This document shows, piece after piece, positions 48,671 to 58,099 of a stretch of DNA of 64,000 nucleotides; position 1 is the stretch's first letter; the number at the start of each line of letters is the position of its first letter. The stretch is from an uncultured delta proteobacterium. Lineage in GTDB: Bacteria; Desulfobacterota; Binatia; UBA9968. The position numbers and the translations under genes are program-made. Where the stretch lies: positions 64,001 through 128,000 of the forward strand of contig CAVYTU010000006.1 in the NCBI GenBank assembly GCA_963771465.1. The letters are read 5' to 3'. Under the pieces are notes generated by a model. The model did not search any database and had not been told where the DNA came from. It saw only the letters and a list, made by a program, of their open reading frames with translations.

Positions 48671-49819
48671 ATGGTTATCGATAGGAAAATCACCGCGATG
48701 ATCTTTTCCGCCTTGTTTTTTGTCTTATGTTCACGGTTGGCTGCTCCGGACGTCTTTGCGGCGTCAGCGAGTTCCGCCTTGCTAAAAGCCAAGCAGGAAG
48801 CGGAATCGAAGGGCTATGTTTTCTTTACGAGTCGCGATGAGATCATCAGCAGGGCCAAAAAGGAAGCAAAGGTACGCGCCCTGACCGGCGCTGGCTTGGA
48901 GGCGTCCCTGCCGCCGACAACGGAAGCCTTTAAAAAGAAATATCCCTTTATCGATCTCCAGGCCCAATACGTTGGCGGCACAGACGCGTCTCAGCGGTTT
49001 CTGTTGGAAGTCAAAGCCGGTGCAGCCAAAGATTGGGATATCGCGCGGGCAGCAACGGATGCCTACGGGGAATGGCTGCCCCATCTCTGGAAAGTCGACA
49101 TTCTAGGAATGGCCGAGCACGGAGTGTTGGACATTCCTCCTCAGATGATCGACCCAAAGAATCGCAACGTTGTCGCCTTAGCCAGCCGATTTTCAGTCGT
49201 CGTTTACAACAAAAATCTTGTTTCTCCCGGCCAGGTTCCGAAGACTTGGGAGGACATGTTGAAGCCGCAGTACAAGGGAAAAAAGTTTTCCGCCGACATC
49301 CATCCTACAGAAGTCGCCGGGTTGGTGCCTGGATGGGGTTTGGAAAAGACTCTCGACTATGCCCGCAAGATCGCGGCCCAGGAACCGATCTGGTTTCGCG
49401 CCAGCGCAGCCCGCCCCCTCACGGCCCTTGCCGCCGGAGAGATTCCCATTCTCCTTTTCGGCGCTAACTACGGCAGCGCGGTGCGGGCGCAGCGCAAGGA
49501 CCCACTCGGAGTCGTTCAGTTTACGGTTTTGGAGCCTGTTCCAGTGAGAATTACCGTGGAGGAGGCGATTCTGGGGAGCTCGAAGAATCCTCACGCCGCC
49601 CTTTTGTGGTTGGAGTTCATGGCTAGTCCCGAAGCGCAATCACTGATTGACCAACACGAGCCCCTCGTCGCCTCCGTTCATAGGAAGGGTTCTGCTGTAG
49701 AGCAGGCGCTCAAAGGGAAGAAGTTATCCGTCGTCAGTTGGGAGGACCACGAAAGGTCGCAGCAGTGGATCACCAAGCTAGCCCAAGCCTACGGCTTTCC
49801 CACAGCGGAGATAAAATAG
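48671..49819 (+). CDS. Extracellular solute-binding protein ('AKQEAEAKGY' paralog group)
   Basis: ALLKAKQEAESKGYVFFTSRDEII, DILGMAEHGVL, MIDPKNRN, YGFP. Confidence 0.9.
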   Translation: MVIDRKITAMIFSALFFVLCSRLAAPDVFAASASSALLKAKQEAESKGYVFFTSRDEIISRAKKEAKVRALTGAGLEASLPPTTEAFKKKYPFIDLQAQYVGGTDASQRFLLEVKAGAAKDWDIARAATDAYGEWLPHLWKVDILGMAEHGVLDIPPQMIDPKNRNVVALASRFSVVVYNKNLVSPGQVPKTWEDMLKPQYKGKKFSADIHPTEVAGLVPGWGLEKTLDYARKIAAQEPIWFRASAARPLTALAAGEIPILLFGANYGSAVRAQRKDPLGVVQFTVLEPVPVRITVEEAILGSSKNPHAALLWLEFMASPEAQSLIDQHEPLVASVHRKGSAVEQALKGKKLSVVSWEDHERSQQWITKLAQAYGFPTAEIK

Positions 49820-50205
49820 ACGCGCTGAGCTCTTCGGCCAACCAGCCGCTCGTCCTACGCTTCGCCGGCGAAGACCTTCTCGAGATCGAAATTTCCGGGC
49901 TCGAGCAGGCGCGCAGTTCACTGTGAATGCCGGAATCGCTCTGTTGAAAGCGGGCGGCACTTTGACAACCAGGCGCGCTGTCGACTAATGTCGATGATGG
50001 TCAGGAAGATTCACCGGCGGTGATGGTGATCGAGGATCGAAAATCGAGCATGTTGAAAGGTGGAGGACGTAGGATGGCAAGCTGCGATCTTCCATCGTCG
50101 AACTTAGGCCTGCGGCTTTGCGCGACGATTTTTCGCGCTGCGGCGCTGAGGTCGTTTTGAGCAGCCAGCAAAAATAATTCAGCGACAATCCTCCAAGGAG
50201 GCGCA

Positions 50206-51903
50206 ATGTACGATTTAATCGTTAAAGGCGGGCGCATCTATGACGGTTCCGGCATGCCGTCGTTCACGGCCGACCTGGCCATCAGCAACGGCCGCATCGC
50301 GGCCATCGGCAGGGTCAATGACAAAGGCGCGGAGATCCTCGATGCCGGCGGGCTTGCGGTGGCGCCCGGCATCATCGATTTTCACACCCACTTCGACGCG
50401 CAGATTTGGTGGGATCCTCTGGGGTCATCGTCCAACGAACATGGCGTCAGCACCGTGGTGATGGGCAACTGCGGTTTGACGTTGGCGCCGTGCAAGCCGG
50501 AGAGCCGCGACGCGTTGATCGGGACCTTCGTACGCGTCGAGGGCATGCCGCGCCATGCTTTGCAGGCGGGTATCCCGTGGGAGTGGCGCACGCATGGAGA
50601 TCTTCTCGACGCTCTCAGCCGCAGGCCCCTCGGCCTCAACATCGCCACGCTGGTCGGCCATTGCGCCGTCAGACAATATGCCATGGGCGAAGCGAGCGTC
50701 GAGCGCGAAGCCAGCGACGCGGAGATCAGCCAGATGGAAGAGCTGGTCGGCCAAGGCATGGCGGCGGGCGCGTTTGGTTTTTCGACAAATTCTAACCAAT
50801 CCCACTTCCGCGAAGACGGCAAGCCGGTGCCGAGCCGGTTCGCCAGCCTCGGCGAGGCGGAGCGGCTTTCCCGCGTCGTCGGCGCCAGCCGCTGTGGCGC
50901 GGTGCAATTTACCCATGGCGCCTTCGCGACGCCGGAACATGTGGCAAATATCGGCAAATGGTACGACACGATCCTTAGAGAAACCGGCCGGCCGTTGATC
51001 GGTGAAAGCATCCGGCACCGCTGGGGCGAGCCTGATCTCTGGCGCGATCAGCTTGAAGACGTGGCAGAGCGCTGGCGCCAGGGATATGCCAGTTACGCCA
51101 TGACCTCCACGCGCCGGGCAATGCGGCGTTGGAACTTAAAGGACGGCGAGCGGTTCAAAGAGCTGCCGGAGTGGAAAAGATTGATGTCGTTGACTCTTGA
51201 GTCGCGCAAGGAAGAGCTCGGCAAGGACAGCACGCGGCAAAGGTTGGCGGGGGAAATGGCGTCGGCCAGCCCGGCAACGGATTTATCGCGCCGCTGGCAT
51301 TCCGTTGCCGTCCATCAAGTCAAGCGGGCGGAGCACGGGGACTTTCAAGGCAAAAGCATCGACGAACTTGCCCGCTTGCAGGGAAAAGCGGCCATCGATG
51401 CTTTCCTCGATCTAGCTCTGGCAGAGGGCTTAGAAACCGTCTTCGAGGAATCCAATACGCAGGGCGACGAAAAGGCGGTGCGGGAGATTTTTCAGAGCCC
51501 TTACGTCATGCTCGGCCAGTCAGATGCCGGCGCTCATGTCGCCAGCGGCAATCCGGGATTTGGCTTCGGGACTACGCTATTGGCGTATTGGGTACGTGAG
51601 CGGAAAATCATGACGCTCGAAGACGCCATTAAGAAGTTAACCTTCATGCCGGCATCGATTTTCGGGATTCGTGACCGCGGCTTGCTCAGGCCCGGTATGG
51701 CGGCCGATGTTTTTGTTTTCGATCCAGCCCGCATCGACCTGGAAAAGCCGCGACAAGTGAACGATCTACCGGAAGGCGCGCCGCGCTACGTCCAGAGCGC
51801 CCGGGGCATACACTACAGCATAGTCAACGGTTCGGTGTTGATGCGAGATGGATCGCACACCGGCGCTTATCCGGGACAGGTGCTGCGCAGCCAGGCGGCC
51901 TAA
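50206..51903 (+). CDS. N-acyl-D-amino-acid deacylase-like amidohydrolase (paralog of 11335-13050)
   Basis: YDLIVKGGRIYDGSG, IDFHTH, GNCG, SDAGAH. Confidence 0.9.
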   Translation: MYDLIVKGGRIYDGSGMPSFTADLAISNGRIAAIGRVNDKGAEILDAGGLAVAPGIIDFHTHFDAQIWWDPLGSSSNEHGVSTVVMGNCGLTLAPCKPESRDALIGTFVRVEGMPRHALQAGIPWEWRTHGDLLDALSRRPLGLNIATLVGHCAVRQYAMGEASVEREASDAEISQMEELVGQGMAAGAFGFSTNSNQSHFREDGKPVPSRFASLGEAERLSRVVGASRCGAVQFTHGAFATPEHVANIGKWYDTILRETGRPLIGESIRHRWGEPDLWRDQLEDVAERWRQGYASYAMTSTRRAMRRWNLKDGERFKELPEWKRLMSLTLESRKEELGKDSTRQRLAGEMASASPATDLSRRWHSVAVHQVKRAEHGDFQGKSIDELARLQGKAAIDAFLDLALAEGLETVFEESNTQGDEKAVREIFQSPYVMLGQSDAGAHVASGNPGFGFGTTLLAYWVRERKIMTLEDAIKKLTFMPASIFGIRDRGLLRPGMAADVFVFDPARIDLEKPRQVNDLPEGAPRYVQSARGIHYSIVNGSVLMRDGSHTGAYPGQVLRSQAA

Positions 51904-51921
51904 CAGCACGCATCGCGGCAT

Positions 51922-51952
51922 GGCCGCGCCGAGGCGGGTGCTCGGCGCGGTC
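51922..51952. terminator. GC hairpin between convergent genes
   Basis: GGCCGCGCCGAG-7 nt-CTCGGCGCGGTC. Confidence 0.45.
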
Positions 51953-51969
51953 GTCGCTGCTAGCTAGTT

Positions 51970-53091
51970 TCAGTTTCGTTCTGCTTTGGGAAAGCCGTAG
52001 GCCTCAAAGACTTTGGTCATCCATGACTCGATGTTGTGATGGTTTTCCCAAGTGACCAAGGAGAGTTTTTTCCCCTTCAGTTCTTGCTCGACCGCTCCGC
52101 CGCGAAAATAGCGCGACGACCCAACAGGCTCGTGTTCATCGGCTAGTTTCTGCGACTCAGCGCTCGCCATCCACTCCAGCCACAAAAGCGCAGCGTGCGG
52201 GTTCTGAGCGCTTGCTAGAATCGCCTGCTCCGAATGAAAATAAACCGGAGCAGGCTCCAAGGTAACGTATTGCAACACGCCCGCCCGGTCTTTGATCTGG
52301 GCCCGCTTCACGCTGTGAAACATCGTGCCGATCATCATCGGGATCTCGCCCGCTATCATCCCTGTCACGGTTCGGGTCACCCCCTGAACCCAGATGGGTT
52401 GCTGCGCCGCCAGTTTGCGCGCAAAGTCGAGAGTCTTTTCCAGACCCCACGCCGGCACCATGCAAGCAAGCCATCTGGGACCTATGTCCACAGCAAACTT
52501 TTTGCCCCTGAATTCAGGTTTAACGAAGTCTTCCCAAGCTTTGGGAACCTGGTCCGCGGGCACGAGGTTCTTGTTGTAAGCGCTGACGATAAGCCGGCTA
52601 TAGAAGGCAGCGATGTTACGGTTTTGCGGATCTATCATGGGCGTCGGAATCTGCAGCACTCCTTGCTCGGCCATACGGAGAAGGTCGACTTTCCATAAAT
52701 AGGGCAGGTATTCGCTATAAAAGTCTCTACTTGTATACGCGACGTCCCACTCACGCGTGGCCTGGCCGCTTTTAATCTCCAAGACGTTGCGCTGAATCAT
52801 AGCGGAACCGGTAATTTCCCGCGCATGGACATCAATGAACGGATACTTTTGAGTGAATACCTTGGCGGCCGCCTTGAGGGTGGGTACGTCCATGTTGACT
52901 AAAAGACGCAGTTTCCCCTCTTTCTTGGCCTTGGCGATGATCTCGTCGCGACTACTAAAAGATACCATCCCCTTGGCTTCGCCCTCTTGCTTCGCCTTCG
53001 ATGCTGCTGGACCGGCTTCACCGGCAAAAACACTGGAGACGCTCAAACATCCCAAAACGATTGAAAGCGTGATTGTAATCATAGCTCCCAT
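51970..53091 (-). CDS. Extracellular solute-binding protein ('AKQEAEAKGY' paralog group)
   Basis: AKQEGEAKG, SRDEIIAKAKKEGKLR, MIDPQNRN, YGFP. Confidence 0.9.
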   Translation of the reverse strand: MGAMITITLSIVLGCLSVSSVFAGEAGPAASKAKQEGEAKGMVSFSSRDEIIAKAKKEGKLRLLVNMDVPTLKAAAKVFTQKYPFIDVHAREITGSAMIQRNVLEIKSGQATREWDVAYTSRDFYSEYLPYLWKVDLLRMAEQGVLQIPTPMIDPQNRNIAAFYSRLIVSAYNKNLVPADQVPKAWEDFVKPEFRGKKFAVDIGPRWLACMVPAWGLEKTLDFARKLAAQQPIWVQGVTRTVTGMIAGEIPMMIGTMFHSVKRAQIKDRAGVLQYVTLEPAPVYFHSEQAILASAQNPHAALLWLEWMASAESQKLADEHEPVGSSRYFRGGAVEQELKGKKLSLVTWENHHNIESWMTKVFEAYGFPKAERN

Positions 53092-53479
53092 CGCACTTTA
53101 CTCCCTGTCAGTAAAATTCCGAGCAGAAACCGCGACTCATCCCGCCAACCCATTTCGTCAGCTCGTGTTGCCCTGGCTATCACACCCGCGGAAGCACCGT
53201 CAACGAGACGAGACCGCTTCTGAAGATTCAGAGTCGCCTACCGCAGACGTCTCGCACTGCGCGTTGAATAGAGTCCACCTCAGCAACTTGACAAGGATGT
53301 TACAGTTTTCGAAGACGGCCCTGGCGCTGTGACAGCGATACTGCATCAGAGAACGGAAGGCCGAGCGCCGCATAGATTTCGCAACGACGTTCAGCCACCG
53401 AAAGTACCGTCATTCCGATGCAGCTACTATGATCGCGCTGGACTCACAGAGCGCTGCGCACGCACAGAGGAAATTTCAT

Positions 53480-53708
53480 TGAACCAATCGATCGTCGAAG
53501 CATCGACCGAAACACCGTGCTTTGGACCTGTGCCGGCACTCATCAGAACCGCTACAAACTCGTAGAGGTCGAGGACTGCACGATCGTACATCGCGAGAAA
53601 GAGCCGCCGGGAGCCAAGGAAGGCGCGCTGCGAATTATCCGCAACGTTTTGAAAGGCGAGGTGTTGCCGTTAGCAGCGATCAAAGAAAAATACCTCAAGC
53701 CAAAATAA
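53480..53708 (+). pseudogene. Probable C-terminal fragment of an isochorismatase-family protein
   Basis: IVEASTE../VLWTCAGTHQNRYKLVEVEDC resembles the G-x-S-T...A...Y-x-V-x-V-x-x-D-C region; frame is broken and there is no N-terminus. Confidence 0.4.
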
Positions 53709-53739
53709 CGCATCACGTTCTCCAAGCCGGTCGCGTTCA

Positions 53740-54840
53740 TCAGCTAGCGACTTCTATTTGTTCAAGGATGGCGTCCCCCATGGCCGCTGTGCTCATCACT
53801 GGATGCTCCCCCACTGCAATATCAGCGGTTCGGTGGCCTGACTGCAACGCACCGACTACCGCGTCCTCAATGACCCTAGCCTCGGCGTCCCACCCCAGAG
53901 AGTGACGTAGCAACATGGCGGCGCTCAGGATAGCTCCTATGGGGTTAGCAGTGTCCGGCCTTGATGGAGGCGTCGTGCCGCGCGTGGGCTCGTAGAGTCC
54001 TATCGGTCGGCCCGTGGTTTTTCGCAGCGGGCCCAGAGTGCCGCCCGGCAGGAGACCATGCGATCCGGTGAGCGCGCCCGCCACGTCCTGCAGGATATAG
54101 CCGAATAGATTCTCAGCGACGATGACGTCGAACCGGCGCGGCTCAGTCATAAGGCCAACCGCACAGTTATCGACGAGCATGTGCTCGAGCTCGACATCGG
54201 AGTATTCGAGCGCCAACTCGTTGGCAATTTCGCGCCAGAGTTTTGAAGTCACCAGCACATTAGCTTTATCGACCGATGTGAGATGACTGCGTCGGTTGCG
54301 AGCCAACTCAAAAGCGAGCCGTATCACCCGCTTGATTTCCTGTTCGGTATAGGCCGTCGTATCGACGGCCTTTCGGCCCTTTTGCGTTTGCCACAGCCTG
54401 CGGGGTCGACCGAAATAGACTCCGCTTGCCACCTCGCGAACCAGGAGCAAATCAACACCTTGGACGACATTCGGCTTAAGCGTAGACAGGTCAAGAATTT
54501 GCGGGTAAATGCGAACTGGGCGCAGATTGGCGTAAAGGTTTAGCTCCTGACGGAGCTTGAGAAGCGCTTGCGCGGGATGGACGCGCAAACGGGGATCTTG
54601 CCATCGCGGTCCGGAAGCGCCACCACCCAGTAAGAGGGCGTCAGCACGCTGCGCTAAATCCAAGGTTTCAGCGGGCAACGGATCGCCACAAGCGTCGATC
54701 GCCAAAGCACCGTAGAGTGCTGTTTCAATCTGTAGCTCATGGCCGAAGCGTTTGGCTGTTGCCTCCAGAACCCTGGCTGCTTGCGCGGTGACCTCAGACC
54801 CACCGGAGTCGCCGGGCAACACCGCCACGATCGTTTTCAA
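53740..54840 (-). CDS. leuB: Divergent 3-isopropylmalate dehydrogenase-like (beta-decarboxylating dehydrogenase)
   Basis: LLKLRQELNLYANLRP, VRE...GVYFG, SVDKANV, MLVDN, ANPIGAILSAAMLLRHSLG; several conserved motifs are altered. Confidence 0.75.
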   Translation of the reverse strand: MKTIVAVLPGDSGGSEVTAQAARVLEATAKRFGHELQIETALYGALAIDACGDPLPAETLDLAQRADALLLGGGASGPRWQDPRLRVHPAQALLKLRQELNLYANLRPVRIYPQILDLSTLKPNVVQGVDLLLVREVASGVYFGRPRRLWQTQKGRKAVDTTAYTEQEIKRVIRLAFELARNRRSHLTSVDKANVLVTSKLWREIANELALEYSDVELEHMLVDNCAVGLMTEPRRFDVIVAENLFGYILQDVAGALTGSHGLLPGGTLGPLRKTTGRPIGLYEPTRGTTPPSRPDTANPIGAILSAAMLLRHSLGWDAEARVIEDAVVGALQSGHRTADIAVGEHPVMSTAAMGDAILEQIEVAS

Positions 54841-54884
54841 AGCAAGTCTTCCTTCTTTTCTCGCGAATCTTTTTAGGCGCCCGA

Positions 54885-55916
54885 CTACGGCAGGGCAAAG
54901 ATTTTTTTGTACAGGCCCACCACTTCATCGAATCTCTCTTCCATCGAAATATCATTCACGAACACCTCCGAACTCTGCGAAACGCACGAGTCGGAGCCGC
55001 CGATCCCAGGACGTGCCGGCGCGGCTTGTTCTTTTAAGAGCGTCTGTCCCTCGGCGGATAACAGGTAATCCGTGAACAGTGCCGCGGCATTAGGATGGGG
55101 AGCCTGGCTTGCTATCGCTACCGGAAGCACGTTAACGGTCACCGGCTTCGGTGCCGTCCAAGCTACGGGAGCGCCTGCGCGCTTGAGCTTATCGAGCTGT
55201 TCGGGCCGCGCATTGACGAGGATGGCAAATTCTCCGGCGGCCAGCAGGTTCGCCATGAGCGCATTACCACTTCTAAATTGGATCTGCTGATTCGCCAGCT
55301 TCTTCATGAAGGCAAGGCCTTTCTCTCTTCCCATCGCTTCAAGGAGGCCGTCGAACCATATGTACTGCTTGTCATCCAAACCCATTTTGCCGCGCCACTT
55401 GGGGTCCAGGAGATCCTCATAATTTCTCGGTGCTTCTGTTCGCGCGAGCAGTTTTGTGTTGTAACCGATCACGTTACAAAAAATATAGGTGGCGATCCAA
55501 TGTCCGTTAGGATCCCGGAATTTGCTTGGGTAGGTTTTGCTTTCCGGTGACGCATATTTTTTCGTTAGTCCCTTTTTACTGATAATGTCGACTGTGTAGC
55601 CGTTGGCTTGAATGACGTCTACGGAGTGTCTACCGGCCTGAGCTTCAATCACAATCCTTTGCAGCAAGGCGGCGCTTCTTGTCGTGTAGAACTGGGGAGA
55701 AAGAAATGGATACTTCCTGCGAAATGCGTCAAATAATCTATTGACGTCGGGAACGTTCATAGAAGTATAAAGCATAACCGTTCCTTCTTTCTTGGCGCCC
55801 TCCACGAGTTTAATTGTATGAGAGTCCTGAGCCGATGACCAAGACGCACCTACGGCCAGGAAGCAGAGACTCAAAAGGAAAATTCCTAAAGCCCTTTTGC
55901 CATACGATTTTTTCAT
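54885..55916 (-). CDS. Extracellular solute-binding protein (AfuA-like)
   Basis: LVEGAKKEG, GYNTKL, YEDLLDPKWRGK, APHPNAAALF. Confidence 0.9.
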   Translation of the reverse strand: MKKSYGKRALGIFLLSLCFLAVGASWSSAQDSHTIKLVEGAKKEGTVMLYTSMNVPDVNRLFDAFRRKYPFLSPQFYTTRSAALLQRIVIEAQAGRHSVDVIQANGYTVDIISKKGLTKKYASPESKTYPSKFRDPNGHWIATYIFCNVIGYNTKLLARTEAPRNYEDLLDPKWRGKMGLDDKQYIWFDGLLEAMGREKGLAFMKKLANQQIQFRSGNALMANLLAAGEFAILVNARPEQLDKLKRAGAPVAWTAPKPVTVNVLPVAIASQAPHPNAAALFTDYLLSAEGQTLLKEQAAPARPGIGGSDSCVSQSSEVFVNDISMEERFDEVVGLYKKIFALP

Positions 55917-55941
55917 TGTCGTGTCTGCAATTCAGAATCCA

Positions 55942-57072
55942 TCAAGGTGCCAAACGATACTTTTTGAATTTGTCTGGATCGATTTCGCTTCCCAGGCCGG
56001 GACGATCTGGAACCGACAAATTGATCCGACTTAGATCCAGCGGCTCCCGTACCACGTCATCACTGCTTTTCAGGAGACCTACGAACTCACAGGGACTGAG
56101 CAAGTTTGGGGCAGACGCGGCCGTATGTATTTCCGCAAGAGCACCAGTGGTGAGCGAGCCGCTATGGCCAAGCGTTGCCGGAATCCCTGCCGCCTCCGCT
56201 ATGCGCAACATCTGCGAAGTCTTATAGATGCCGCCGTTCACCTGGACGCTTAGCTTGACGATGTCGGCGGCTTGGGCTCGAATCACCCGAATCAAATCCT
56301 CGGCAGTAATGCACGATTCATCCGCCATCAAACGCACTGGCACCCTTTGACGAAGCCAGGCCATGCCTTCAAGGTCCGCTCCGGCGATGGGATCCTCGTA
56401 GTGAAAAATGTTGTAACGCTCCAATCGCTTGAGAGACTGTAACGCTTCATCGCGAGAATAGATGCAATTGGCATCGACACGCAGCACGGTTTTATCGCCA
56501 ACGGCGCTGCGGACAGCGCGCACTATCTCTTCGTCTTTCTCCGGCCCAAATCCCACCTTTACCTTAAGCGTGTCGAAACCGGAGTCGACATAGGCTTTTG
56601 CCTTTTGGCTATACTCCTCCGCGGTTGAAGCCATCACCCAACCGAGGATCGGGATAGCGTCATGAATCTTTCCTCCGACAAGTTTCCAAACCGGGACTCC
56701 AAGGGCTTTTCCCATTAGATCATAGGCGGCAGTTTCTATGGCTGCCTTGAGTCTCTGATGGCCGGTGATGGCGGCGTCCATCTGGCGATGCATGAGCGCG
56801 AAATTTCCCACTTCCGTGCCGATAACTGCTGGCGCCAGGATCCGATCGATCGTCTCGGTCATCTGAGCGGCCCCAAGACCGTCGCGCTGCGGCGAAACGC
56901 CGACCTCTCCCCAACCCTCTTGACCACCCCGGCCGCGCACGCGAACAAAAAGACTCGTCTGTGAATCGCTCGACCGCCCATGGCTGCGTCGGCTATCCGA
57001 AAGGATCTGCTTGTAGGGGATCCGGATTATGAAAGCTTCGACGCCTGCAAAGATCTCAATGGGAGTCATCAT
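55942..57072 (-). CDS. Enolase-superfamily (MLE subgroup) protein
   Basis: GWGE, AYDLMGKALGVP, LKVKVG, RVDAN, YEDP, MADES, PDRPGLG. Confidence 0.9.
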   Translation of the reverse strand: MMTPIEIFAGVEAFIIRIPYKQILSDSRRSHGRSSDSQTSLFVRVRGRGGQEGWGEVGVSPQRDGLGAAQMTETIDRILAPAVIGTEVGNFALMHRQMDAAITGHQRLKAAIETAAYDLMGKALGVPVWKLVGGKIHDAIPILGWVMASTAEEYSQKAKAYVDSGFDTLKVKVGFGPEKDEEIVRAVRSAVGDKTVLRVDANCIYSRDEALQSLKRLERYNIFHYEDPIAGADLEGMAWLRQRVPVRLMADESCITAEDLIRVIRAQAADIVKLSVQVNGGIYKTSQMLRIAEAAGIPATLGHSGSLTTGALAEIHTAASAPNLLSPCEFVGLLKSSDDVVREPLDLSRINLSVPDRPGLGSEIDPDKFKKYRLAP

Positions 57073-57520
57073 AGGTGTATCAATTCCACACGCGCCCGGC
57101 ACTAAGAATGAAACCAGCGCATGCGTTTTAACGCAAAAAAACGAGCGCTCAGCCTCTCGGTTACTCTATTTATGCAATCTTGTATCATCGAATCAATGGC
57201 TTGTCCTGAGCCGACCCAGAGGTGATAGTGCTGGGTTTTCTTTCTACGGCGAAGTAACGTTTCGAAAAGCAAATAAACAAAGGCTGACATCTTTGCCTTT
57301 ATCCGTGAGTGAGTAACCTAGTCAGCAAACGACTTGTTAGGATTGATCCTTCTTGTCGGTAGAAATTAGCACTCGCTGATTGGCATTCTGTTCTGGTTTC
57401 AACTAATTTTGACGTCCAGTGACACCTATTCGACGACAAATTTGACATTTCGACATCCTACACAAGAGAAATTCTCAGTGTTTTCTCATCACGCCATTCC
57501 CTTCTCGGTCAGGACCTAGC

Positions 57521-57536
57521 TGGCATCCAGATTGCT
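57521..57536 (+). promoter_or_regulatory. Putative sigma54 site
   Basis: TGGCAT-CCAGA-TTGCT, close to consensus. Confidence 0.6.
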
Positions 57537-57658
57537 GTTAGTTTTCCGTAGAACGCGATCCGGAAGGGAAGCGGAGCCAAAAATCATAAAGGAGCCTATT
57601 GGCTCAAATAGCAATGTTGGCTGCGACGCAAACAAATTTGGAGAAGAGGACCGACACA

Positions 57659-57805
57659 ATGAAAGCCGAGATCGACGACGGATGTACTTGCCCACGCTGC
57701 AACGACCACATTCCGGCGCAATTCTACTGCAGACACTGCGGTTACGTGCCGAACTGGCGGCAGATAACGTCCGAGGAATACCAAGTATGCAGGGAAGCCG
57801 CGTAG
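57659..57805 (+). CDS. 48-aa zinc-ribbon microprotein
   Basis: GAGGA RBS; CPRC...CRHCG. Confidence 0.6.
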   Translation: MKAEIDDGCTCPRCNDHIPAQFYCRHCGYVPNWRQITSEEYQVCREAA

Positions 57806-58099
57806 GGTGACCATTGAAGCGCCTGTCAGAATTTTGAAGAAGCCGTGAAAGCTCCCCCCGTCAGATAAATTCCAATCGACTCTTTAGGCTCAACACAAAC
57901 TGCTGTCGCATGATTGCGACTAGTTCTAGCTTTGCTTCTTTGATTACTTCGCATCCACAAACTTATTGCCCGTCTTATAAAAAACTACTAAACAAAGCCT
58001 GATACATTGTTGTCATATCCCGCTACACCGCCAGCGGAATATGACAGCGCGCGGAACTTGCTAAAAGTCGGGTAATGCTTGGTGGGAATTGCAGGCAAC

